DNA of 63,920 nt, counting the filler, from Reclinomonas americana ATCC 50394 (Eukaryota): the NCBI GenBank assembly GCA_048213135.1. It is 28 parts of 28 records of this genome, joined end to end, with 100 filler letters (N's around TTAATTAATTAA, not from the genome) between each part and the next. Parts side by side here need not be neighbours in the genome. Positions count along the whole stretch, not along the records: positions 1 to 3,116 come from AFZH01024709.1; positions 3,217 to 5,653 come from AFZH01024714.1; positions 5,754 to 7,049 come from AFZH01024715.1; positions 7,150 to 8,917 come from AFZH01024716.1; 24 more parts are not named here. One strand, 5' to 3'. Positions 1 through 9,017 of the stretch are shown piece by piece. The position numbers and the translations under genes are program-made. The notes under the pieces were generated by a model. That model ran no database searches. It worked only from the letters and a program-made list of their open reading frames with translations, and was not told the origin of the DNA. The first letter of the stretch is position 1. Every line of letters starts with the position of its first letter.

Positions 1-1573
1 TGGCCGTCAGCGACTGGAAGTGCGATGGATCGAGCATGGCGTCGACGCTGAGCGACATCTCCACACTGTCCTCGTACACATCCTGAATGGTCTCCGGTGA
101 CACCAATATGAAGGACGAGGCCAGCGCGAGAATGGCGTTGCGCACGCGGCACACACTCTCGCGCCCCGCCGTCTCGTCCGTCACCGTGCTGGCAGGCGAC
201 AGCCACACGTAGCCGTTGAGGCCGAGAATCATGTCCACGCCCAGCGCGGCGAACGAGTGAAAGTGCTGCTTGCACCGCTTGATGAGATGCGGTTGTACCT
301 CCACCAGCACACCGTTGCCGAGTCGTCCGTAGCGCGATGAACGCGTCTGCAGCGCCATTGAGCCATCCTGCTGATAAAACTGCTGCACCTCGGCGCTGAT
401 CAAGTCGCCCTCGGCGTACATGCTGCGCATGTTCAGCTGGTCCTCGTAGGTTCTTCGCCGCTGAGCGTCGCCCGGCAGTGTCACAGCCGACAGCAGCAGC
501 ACGGCGCTCTGGAACGAGTTCACATCGACCTTCCACCGCTTGTTGCCGACCTGAGCAGCGCGTGGCAAGTGTTGGAAAGACACGCAAACAAAAAAAAAAC
601 AACGAAAACAAAGCAACAACAAACATCGACAATGCGCCCGACCACCACGTCGCCCACGTGGCCTTGGTAGCGCGACTTGAGTGGCACCACCGACACCAGC
701 TGATTGACGCGCTCCACCACCCCGCAAATGGCGGCGTACAGGTGGTTATCGACCGAGTACGTTCCGTGGCCTCTGCGACACAAAAAGTTGTCGTTCAGAC
801 CTCAAACAAAAAAAAAACATTGGAACACTCTCGTCTTTGCGTGTCATCCTTGCACAGGGGCCAAGCTAATCTTCTCTGTATCGTTCCAATTTTTGAGTTT
901 GGCGAAGACCCGAAGGTCTTGCCGACTCCACACATGGTCTCCACCCACACTCATATGCACGCGGCGACACATGCCGCACGATGCATTATGGGACAAGCTG
1001 ATCGAAATCAGCGGCAAGTCTGCAATGGACACCACAGACACGAGAAATGTGCAGAACCCTTCCTCTGCCTCCAACGAGGTGCGCGGAGAATGTGTACAGA
1101 GTGGAGAGAAAGAGAAAGAGTGCAACAAAGTGCAAGAAAGTGTGCTGTTGTGCAGAAGGAGTCAGATGTTGAGTCGGCGGTCATGGCAGAGCCCACACGC
1201 GCACACGCACAACTCGGAGAACACGCACACACACACACACTACCACTGCCACGCTGCAGTTGTTGTGTGCTGCGTGCGCCTGAACGTCGAGAAGAGTGCA
1301 TTCCCCCAGCAATCTGAACACACTCTCTTATCCCTTCATCTCCTCTCCTTCTCCCTCCCTCCCGTCTCTCTTCTTCACACTGCCACCCTCACTCACTTGC
1401 CCACACACACACACACACACTCGACTGAGACCACACAGACACGCAGACACTCACCGCAAGTGACCCGTGTCATCCTCTAGAATCAAATCTCCCGGCGTCA
1501 CCAGGTGCACTCCGCTGTACTCGGTCACGCTCTTCCTCCGCCCACTACTGCCGGAGCCACTGCCACTCGCCAT
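1..1573 (-). CDS. RRP4: Exosome complex component RRP4/EXOSC2, 3'-partial; exons 1573-1455, 772-625, 550-<1
   Basis: Spliced translation MASG...[23 protein letters not shown]...[45 protein letters not shown]...[18 protein letters not shown]...[10 protein letters not shown]...GRLGNG...ILGLNGYVW matches the Rrp4 N-terminal, S1 and KH motifs; GT-AG introns of 682 and 74 nt keep the frame. Confidence 0.95.
813..928 (-). ncRNA. U6: U6 spliceosomal snRNA, inside RRP4 intron 1 on the same strand
   Basis: Minus strand reads GAGTCGGCAAGACC-TTCG-GGTCTTCGCCAAACTCAAAAATTGGAACGATACAGAGAAGATTAGCTTGGCCCCTGTGCAAGGATGACACGCAAAGACGAGAGTGTTCCAATG-T10: 5' UUCG hairpin, ACAGAGA box (873-879), AGC triad, ISL, oligo-U end. 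The 5' end is approximate (923-928). Confidence 0.96.
979..994 (-). promoter_or_regulatory. Putative PSE/USE-like snRNA promoter element for U6
   Basis: GTCCCATAATGCATCG lies about -66 to -51 from the inferred U6 start, where PSE/USE elements sit, and resembles the plant USE RTCCCACATCG. Only a weak TATA-like CATATGA near -30. Inference. Confidence 0.4.
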
Positions 1574-1726
1574 GGCTACACGATTAGATCACAGATCACA
1601 ATCCATCCACCGACACTTCATCAATCGCTTCTCTGTCTTCCGTGTGTCTGCGTGTGCGCCTCTCCCTCGCTCGCTGTGAGTGCATCTCTCTGCGTGTGTG
1701 CAAGTGAGCAGCAAAGGCAAGAATCA

Positions 1727-3116
1727 ATGGAGTACGACAGCGGGCACGGCGACTATGAGCGCGACATGTCGCCACCACCCGTGTCGGGCGGTGCAGCCTC
1801 GTCGCGATCGCGCAGCATTCTGGGCCACCCCGACGACGATGCACGGCTGGACGGGTGGCTGCGCTCGCATCTTGAACCCATGTGCGTGCTCAGTCTGTCT
1901 GTGCTGGTTGGCGACATGTCTGACTTGCAACGCACTCGCAGCTCGGATGCAGAGCCGTCGACGCTGGCCAACCTCGTCAAGGCCCTGTTGAAGCCGGAGC
2001 GCATTGATGATGCAGATCACCGGCGTCGCCTCTCAAACGAGCTCAAGGACTTTGTGTCGGATCCGCATCGTTGCGTCACCCTCCCCGAGCGTAGTGTGTG
2101 TTGCCGGCACTGCATTCTCATGCGGTGGGCGGTGCAGATGCTGATCGGTTTGTGGATGAGCTGGCCGAGGCGATTCACTCGCGGCGTTTCTCGCGCACCG
2201 TCGGTGGTGCGTCTTCGTCGTCGTCGTCGTCATCATCATCGCGACGGCCGTACGTGAGCGAGCGCGACCGGTCGGCAGGGCGACGCGACACCTGGCGGCG
2301 ATCGGAGCGTGGCTCGAGCCGCGAGCGCGACAAGCGACGACGCAGTCCGTCTCCGCAGAACGGCTACGGGCGGGTGAGCGATGACCACGATGCCGGTGCG
2401 CCGTACAAGCGCGCACGCAGTTATCGCAGTCGGTCACGGTCGCCGCCGCCCACCTCGGCTACGCGGCGTGGAGGTGACCAACACGGCGCACCGCCACCAA
2501 GTTGCGTGGCAGAGTTGCTGTTTTTTTTTCCTCAGCATGTCGACAGGGGCTCACTCCACCTGTCCGCAGTCCACGTTGGCGAGTCCGACAAGGACGGCGG
2601 TGGTGACATTGTGCCGTACGATCCCGAGTCGCCGTCCATCGCCGCCGTGTCGCCATCGGCGGGTGAGGGTGGTGCTGCAGCAGGTCATTTGCAGCAGCAA
2701 CAGCAGCAACAGCAGCAGCAACAACAACAACAACACCATGGTGGCCCTCCGCACATGCACCAGCCGGGTGGCACACCGTTTTATGCTGGCCCCCCGGGTG
2801 CGTATCTCGGCGGGCGTCCGCCCGGCTTTGCCCCCATGTACATGCCACGAGGAGGGCTTGAGATGTACAGATATCCGCCTGGCGGCATGATTGGCGTGCA
2901 TCCAGCAGCCGCCTACAGAATGGGACGCAATGGCCCGGCCGATGCCGGTGGTCCCGAGGGCGGACCACCGATGATGAGTGCGCCCGGTGGCGGCATGCTC
3001 ATGGGAGCTCCGCACGGTCCGCCTATGATGTACGCAGGTGGTGGAGGTCGGGGACGCGGGCGCGATGGCATGTGGAATGGATCCATGAGAGGCTCACGGC
3101 GCTCGTCGCAAGGAAA
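1727..3116 (+). CDS. RBM26/RBM27-like RNA-binding protein (PWI domain), spliced, 3'-partial
   Basis: Spliced LDGWLRSHLEPI|SDAEPSTLANLVKALLK...LSNELKDFVSDPH|HADRFVDELAEAI resembles the RBM26/27 PWI domain (WLSKTLEPICDADPSALAKYV). Followed by an RS-rich tract, YDPESPSI (cf. YNPEAPSI) and Pro/Gly/RGG-rich sequence. Introns 1882-1941 and 2070-2137. Confidence 0.7.
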
Positions 3117-3216
3117 NNNNNNNNNNNNNNNNNNNNNNNNNNNNNNNNNNNNNNNNNNNNTTAATTAATTAANNNNNNNNNNNNNNNNNNNNNNNNNNNN
3201 NNNNNNNNNNNNNNNN
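3117..3216. other. Artificial contig linker (first of 27)
   Basis: 44 N + TTAATTAATTAA (stop codons in all six frames) + 44 N. Same linker starts at 5654, 7050, 8918, 12081, 15243, 16480, 17634, 18993, 20867, 23995, 27121, 30242, 33360, 36478, 39585, 40950, 42788, 45890, 48985, 50495, 51997, 55080, 56441, 57693, 60759, 62063. Confidence 0.99.
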
Positions 3217-3766
3217 CTGCGCTCGTGCAGCTCCTCGGCCCCCTGCGACCGTCAGCGCCACCTCCACGCGCCCGCACGACATGCGCGTCATCGGCTCCGG
3301 TGACCGCCGCGGCGTGCGCATCCCGGTCGAGGTCGACACGCAGTACGCGGCGATCGCACGGTTCGAGAGCGGAGCCACGGCGCAGCTAGAGTTCAGCTTC
3401 GACTCGCCGTTCTCCTACGAACCGCTGCTGGAAGTCACGGGAAGCGCCGGCGCGCTGCGGGTCTCCGATCCGAACGCGTTCGACGGCACCCTCCAGGTGT
3501 CGACGTTCGGCGAAGATCCACCGGTGGACGTGACGACGGATGCTGCGGGCAACGGCCGCGGTCTGGGTGTGGTCGACATGGCTCGGGCACTGCGAGCCGG
3601 CGTCGTGCAGCGGGCATCCGGCGAGCTGGCGTTCCACGTGCTCGACATCATGGTCTCGATCGAGGAGGCCGCGGCGAGCGGACAACCCGTCGAGGTCCTG
3701 AGCTCCGTCGAGTCACCGGCAACCCTGCCGACGGATTTCGATCCGCGAGCATCGACTCTGCGCTAA
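3217..3766 (+). CDS. Gfo/Idh/MocA-family oxidoreductase, C-terminal part (actinobacterial)
   Basis: IPVEVDT...FESGATAQLEFSFD...LEVTGSAGALRVSDPNAF...RGLGVVDMARALRAG...RASGELAFHVLDIM; 5' end cut by the linker. Confidence 0.85.
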
Positions 3767-4572
3767 CCGTCCGACGCGCGGAGGAGGCGGAGGATCTCTT
3801 CCGCAACAGCGCGCATTCCGGCCGAGGTCGGATGGAATGGCGCGCCGTCGCCGTTCCGTCGCTCCAGCCCCCGCGTGTACGGCAGGGGGCTGCCCGCGCC
3901 GTGCCCGGGTGCATAGGCAGACGCCGGCACCAGGTCGACATCCGTTCGGGCGGCGGCGGTGGAGAAGGCTGCGGAGAGCCTCGTCCCTACGCCGCGGAAG
4001 TACTGGATCTCGGTCTCGGAGAGCGGCAGTATCCGACCGGGCGCCGCGAACTCGTCGATCACAGGCAGATAGTCGACGAGGATGACGCGTGACCGAGGCG
4101 CACGCGCGCGAGCCTCCCGCACGATCCGTGTGAGACCGTCGGTCGCGACATCTATGGGGAGATCAGCGAGCGGACGCCGAGGCGGAGGCTGCATCCTCGT
4201 CGGAGCACGCAGAAGCGGTGCGCGTCGTGAGGCGCGGGCGTTCCACTGCGCTCGCGCTTGCAGTGCACCGATGTAGTCGAGATCGTTGCCTCCCGCGGTG
4301 AGGAGAACGAGGTCTGCGTGTGGGGAGATCTTCTCGACCTGTGGTGCGAAGCGTCGGACACCGGCGCGCTGCGATCGGCTCAGGATCGTCGCGGTCGTCG
4401 CACCCGACACGGATGCATCGATCAGCTCCGCACCCAGGATGCGGCTGACGATCTGCGCCGCGTTCTGCCGTGATCGTCCCGCGGACCGGTTCGCGATCGG
4501 AGCGATGCCCGGGCCTGCGGCGAACGAGCTGCCCAGTGAGACCACCGTCGAGTACTTCCGACCGGCGGTCAT
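3763..4572 (-). CDS. SGNH/GDSL hydrolase family protein
   Basis: MTAGRKYSTVVSLGSSFAAGPG (block I), SVSGATT (II), TAGGND (III), PFHPT (V); start overlaps the upstream MFS stop (ATGA). Confidence 0.88.
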   Translation of the reverse strand: MTAGRKYSTVVSLGSSFAAGPGIAPIANRSAGRSRQNAAQIVSRILGAELIDASVSGATTATILSRSQRAGVRRFAPQVEKISPHADLVLLTAGGNDLDYIGALQARAQWNARASRRAPLLRAPTRMQPPPRRPLADLPIDVATDGLTRIVREARARAPRSRVILVDYLPVIDEFAAPGRILPLSETEIQYFRGVGTRLSAAFSTAAARTDVDLVPASAYAPGHGAGSPLPYTRGLERRNGDGAPFHPTSAGMRAVAEEILRLLRASDG

Positions 4573-5653
4573 GCCCGAACGCCCGCACTCGACGGACAGC
4601 GGCCGACCATGGTCAGGAGCACCACCGTGGCCAGCCCCATCGCCGATCCCATGACCAGTCCGAGGGGCAGCCAGCTCGTGACCCCGAGCGCTCCGACGAT
4701 CGGCGCGGCGAGACCCGCCAGGCCGAAGTTCGCGGCGCCCAGGAGCGCGGCGGCCGTACCGGCGCGCTCCGCGTTGTCCGCGAGGCCGATGGCGCCGAGG
4801 CAGGGACCGCATGCTCCTGCCAGCGCCAGGAACATCAGCATGAGAACGATCACGGGCAGCAGCCCACCCCACCATCCCGGCAGTACGCAGAGCAGGAAGC
4901 CGACGACGGACATCAGGGGGAGGACCAGCCGGAGCACTGCGACCGCCGACGTCCGCTGGGCGAAGTGCGCGGCGACCTGAGTGCCGATGACGAATGCGAC
5001 GGCGTTGCCCGCCGATACGAGGCCGTACGCCTGTGGGCTGAGCCCGTACTGCTGTTGGAAGGTGAACGAGGAGCCGGAGAGGTACGCGAAGACCGACGAC
5101 ACCATCATCCCGCCGATCAAAGCCACGCCGATGAATCGGCGATCGGTGAGCAGGAGCCGGTAACCCCGCCACACGGCGCCCCGGTCTTGCCGATCGATTC
5201 GGCGTTCCCCGTCGAGCGTCTCCGGAAGCCACCGGACACAGACCGCGAGGATGAGCGCCCCGTAGACCGCGACCACGACGAAGACGCCGCGCCAGTCGAA
5301 GATGCCCATGAGCTGAGCGCCGAGGAATGGTGCGACGACCGGTGCGATGCCGGTGAACAGAGCGACCCGGGCGAGCCCGCGGATCAGCTGCTTCCCTTCG
5401 GCGACGTCCCTCATCATCGCGAGGGCGACGACGCCGCCGCGCCGCACCCATTCCTTGAATGACTCGAAGAATGAGAACCCAAGTGATGTCGGGTGACGCC
5501 GCGATCGCGACACTCGCGACGACGTGCGCGGCAGTCGCGATCAGCAGAGGGCGGCGACGTCCGACGGAGTCGCTCCACGGTCCGATGAGCAACTGACCCA
5601 AGGCGAAGCCGAGCGTCGCTGCGCTCAGAGTCAGCTGAACCTGAGACGGATCG
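4569..5653 (-). CDS. Bcr/CflA-family multidrug MFS transporter, 5'-partial, with a frameshift near 5440
   Basis: QLTLS...GQLLIGPWSDSVGRRRPLL...LRVIQGMGAA in one frame continues as GGVVALAMMRDV...APVVAPFLG...WRGVF...LPET...AGTAAALLG in another. Confidence 0.88.
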
Positions 5654-5811
5654 NNNNNNNNNNNNNNNNNNNNNNNNNNNNNNNNNNNNNNNNNNNNTTA
5701 ATTAATTAANNNNNNNNNNNNNNNNNNNNNNNNNNNNNNNNNNNNNNNNNNNNATTCTTCCGGGCGGCGGGACGGCAACGGCGGCAACTCCTTGGTGGGG
5801 CGATGCGTTAG

Positions 5812-5827
5812 ATGACATCGCTTTCAT
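5812..5827. promoter_or_regulatory. LacI-family operator-like palindrome (distal)
   Basis: ATGACATCGCTTTCAT: imperfect palindrome with central CG, upstream of a sugar ABC operon. Confidence 0.45.
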
Positions 5828-5898
5828 GACCCTGTCAATCGAACGAAAGGCACTGGAAGTTGCATAAAAAAGGGAAATTATCGCCGATGTGAACGCGC

Positions 5899-5927
5899 CT
5901 TGACCGAGAAAATGTAACCGCTATCAT
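5899..5927 (+). promoter_or_regulatory. Sigma70-type promoter overlapped by a LacI-type operator
   Basis: CTTGAC (5899) ... TATCAT (5922); operator ATGTAACCGCTATCAT (5912-5927) resembles TGNAANCGNTTNCA; RBS GGGAGG before ATG 5984. Confidence 0.5.
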
Positions 5928-5983
5928 CGCTATCGAAGCTTGCCCGGAGAGGCGAGGCGCCAGATCATTTCAGGGAGGGCGGC

Positions 5984-7049
5984 ATGGACCGCAGAACACT
6001 CATCAAGAGCGGCCTGGCTGCGGCGGGAACGGTCGCGATGCCGGCCTATCTGCGGGCGCAGTCTAACCGCAAGCTCAGTATCCTGACCTGGAACATCGCC
6101 GACCAGGAGGCGCTGTTCAAAGAGGAGTTCGCCGACTTCAAGGCGCAGAATCCGGGCGTCGAGATCGAATGGCTCGACAAGAAGGGGCCGGAGCTGCCGG
6201 CCTTCTACCAGACGCAGCTCGTCGCCGGCACGGCTCCCGACATCATCGACCTGCAGGGCATGATCTGGGTGGAGTGGGCGGCGAACGGCGCCCTGCTCGA
6301 CCTGACGCCCTATATGCAGAAGGAGCCTGACGTCGCCAAGCTCTACAACCAGGATTACCTGGCGAGCTTCGTCTACGACAAGAAGAACTATGTGGTTCCC
6401 TTCTACATCGCCAAGACGTTGCTGTTCTACAACAAGACGATGTTCAAGGAGGCGGGCCTCGCGGACGCGCCGAAGTCATTCGACGAGATCGTCAATTTCA
6501 GCCAGGCGATGGCGAAGGGCGAGAAGACCGGCTTCCTGACGCTGAACTTCGACTGGCTGTATTGGCCGCTGATGCAGATGAACGGCGTCGAGCTGCTGAA
6601 GCCGGACATGAAGACGCCGGCCTTCAACACGCCGAAGACGATCGAGGTGCTCGAGAAGCTGGCCAAGGCGACGGCCTCGGGCGGGATCAACAAGATCGCC
6701 TGGACCGGGCGCTGGGTCGAGCCAAACGGCGCCTTCGCCTCCGGCAATGTCGGCATGCTGCAGGCCCATTCGGCCTCTTATTTCTTCGTCAAGGGTCAGG
6801 CGCCCTGGGTCAATCCCGATACGCTGGGCGCAGCTCAGAATCCCGGCAACTGGTCGACGCCGACCAATCACGGCTTCGCCATCTCGAAATCGTCGAAGAA
6901 TCCGGACCTCGCCTGGGCCCTGGTCAAGCACATGACCGGCAACAAATGGGCGACCGAGTTTTCGGTGCGCCGACGTATCCTCACCGGCAACCTCGCTGCC
7001 GACAAGGTCGGGCTGGATAAGGTCAAGGCCGAGGATCCGCTGGCCCATG
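5984..7049 (+). CDS. Carbohydrate ABC transporter substrate-binding protein with Tat signal, 3'-partial
   Basis: MDRRTLIK twin-arginine signal; F..QNPGVEIEW, AGTAPDI, LFYNKTMFKEAGL, FASGNVGM, SKNPDLAW motifs. Confidence 0.92.
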
Positions 7050-7149
7050 NNNNNNNNNNNNNNNNNNNNNNNNNNNNNNNNNNNNNNNNNNNNTTAATTA
7101 ATTAANNNNNNNNNNNNNNNNNNNNNNNNNNNNNNNNNNNNNNNNNNNN

Positions 7150-8088
7150 ATGGAAATGGCTATGTCCGCCGCGCCCGAACGGCGGCGTACCTCCTTCCTG
7201 CGTAGGGCGACGACGCGCCAGGCCATCCTGGTCTGGTGCTTCCTCGCGCCGTCGCTGCTGATCTTCCTGCTCTATCGCATCCTGCCGCTGGCCTGGAACA
7301 TCATCCTCTCCTTCCAGGCCTGGTCGCCGCTGAAGCCGGCGGTCTTTATCGGCCTAGAGAACTATGAGGAGATGCTGACCGACGAGGTGTTCTGGCAATC
7401 GCTCTGGAACACGGTCTTCATCATCCTGTCGGCGCCGGTCGGCATCGCGATGGCGCTCGGCCTCGCCTTGCTGGTCAATTCCAACATCAGCGGCCGCAAC
7501 ATCTACCGCACGCTGATCTTCCTGTCCTATCCCCTGATGACGGTCGCGGTCGCGATCATCTGGCGCTGGATGTATGACGAGCGCGTCGGCCTCTTGAACT
7601 ATGTCGCGAGGCTGCTGCACCTCACCGACACGCCGATCCCGTTCCTCAATTCGTTCTTCTGGGCGCTGCCCTCGGTCGTCGTCGCCAATATCTGGCAGAT
7701 GCTCGGCTTCTACATGATCATCCTGCTGACCGGGCTACAGAACATCCCGAGCTCGCTGTTCGAGGCGGCCGAGATCGACGGCGCCACTGCCGGCGACCGC
7801 TTCTGGCGCATCATCCTGCCGCTGCTGCGCCCCTCGATCTTCCTGTGCTTCGTCATCGGCATGCTGAACTCGGTGACCAGCTTCGACCTGGTCTATGTCA
7901 TGACCGGCGGCGGCCCTGGCCGCGCTACCGAGATCCTCGTCACCTACATCTACAAGCTCGGCTTCGTGCAGACGCGCTTCGACTATGCGGCTGCAGTGAC
8001 GGTCGTGTTCTTCGTCTTCCTGATCACGGTCGCCTGGGCGGCGAACCGGCTCTCCGGCGGCAATGCCGGCGCGAGGGACATGGAATGA
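7150..8088 (+). CDS. Carbohydrate ABC transporter permease (UgpA/MalF type)
   Basis: FIGLENY, FWQSLWNT, GLQNIPSSLFEAAEIDGA (EAA loop), MTGGGPGRAT; start may be 7156 or 7162. Confidence 0.95.
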   Translation: MEMAMSAAPERRRTSFLRRATTRQAILVWCFLAPSLLIFLLYRILPLAWNIILSFQAWSPLKPAVFIGLENYEEMLTDEVFWQSLWNTVFIILSAPVGIAMALGLALLVNSNISGRNIYRTLIFLSYPLMTVAVAIIWRWMYDERVGLLNYVARLLHLTDTPIPFLNSFFWALPSVVVANIWQMLGFYMIILLTGLQNIPSSLFEAAEIDGATAGDRFWRIILPLLRPSIFLCFVIGMLNSVTSFDLVYVMTGGGPGRATEILVTYIYKLGFVQTRFDYAAAVTVVFFVFLITVAWAANRLSGGNAGARDME

Positions 8089-8900
8089 TGCGCCGTTCGC
8101 CGACCTGGCCGATCCACCTCGCCCTGATGGCGGTGTGCTTCGTGATGCTGGTGCCCTTCTACTGGGTGCTGAAGACTTCCGTCTCGGGCGAGAACATCTT
8201 CACTTTTCCGCCCAGCATCATCCCGCGCAACCCGCATCTCTTCTATTATGTCGATGTCTGGTACGCGATCCCGTTCGCCCGCTACTTCCTGAACAGCGTC
8301 ATCGTTTCGGTCATCACCATCGCCGCCAATGTGGTCTTCAACGCGATGGCGGGCTATGCGCTGACCCGCGATTTCCGGGGCAAGGGCTTCATCCTGATCC
8401 TGTTCCTGTCCTGCATGATGGTGCCGTTCCAGGCGACGATCATCCCGGCCTATCTGATCACCGGCCAGCTCGGGCTGCTAAATTCCTATGTCGGCCTGGC
8501 CCTGCCGCAGTTCTCGACGATCATCTGCATCTTCGTGTTCAAGGCGAGCTTCGATGCGATCCCGGGCTCGCTGATCGACGCGGCCAAGGTCGACGGCCTG
8601 CCGGAATGGCGCATCGTCTGGACGATCATGCTGCCGCTGGCCAAGTCTGCCATGGCGACGAACGTGATCCTCTCCTTCATCTGGTCCTGGAACAATTTTC
8701 TCTGGCCGCTGATCATGACGCGGACGCCGGAAATGCAGACGCTGCCGCTCGGGCTGGCGCGCTTCCTGTCCTATCAGGAGGATACGACCGGGGCGCTCTA
8801 CGCCTTCTGCATCATGGTGCTCGCACCCGGTATCCTGCTCTTCCTGCTGGCGCAGAAGGAGTTCATCCAAGGCCTCACCTCCGGCGCGACGAAGGGCTAG
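8085..8900 (+). CDS. Carbohydrate ABC transporter permease (UgpE/MalG type)
   Basis: Starts at the ATGA overlap; YFLNSV, IPGSLIDAAKVDG, WSWNNFLWPLI, QTLPLGL, QKEFIQGLTSGATKG. Confidence 0.95.
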   Translation: MMRRSPTWPIHLALMAVCFVMLVPFYWVLKTSVSGENIFTFPPSIIPRNPHLFYYVDVWYAIPFARYFLNSVIVSVITIAANVVFNAMAGYALTRDFRGKGFILILFLSCMMVPFQATIIPAYLITGQLGLLNSYVGLALPQFSTIICIFVFKASFDAIPGSLIDAAKVDGLPEWRIVWTIMLPLAKSAMATNVILSFIWSWNNFLWPLIMTRTPEMQTLPLGLARFLSYQEDTTGALYAFCIMVLAPGILLFLLAQKEFIQGLTSGATKG

Positions 8901-9017
8901 GCGATGGAAGCTTACTCNNNNNNNNNNNNNNNNNNNNNNNNNNNNNNNNNNNNNNNNNNNNTTAATTAATTAANNNNNNNNNNNNNNNNNNNNNNNNNNN
9001 NNNNNNNNNNNNNNNNN

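Noticed and set aside
3763..5601. 612-aa MFS-SGNH fusion ORF
   Set aside because: Produced by a frameshift near 5440 in the MFS gene reading through out of frame into the separate SGNH gene, which has its own ATG at 4572.
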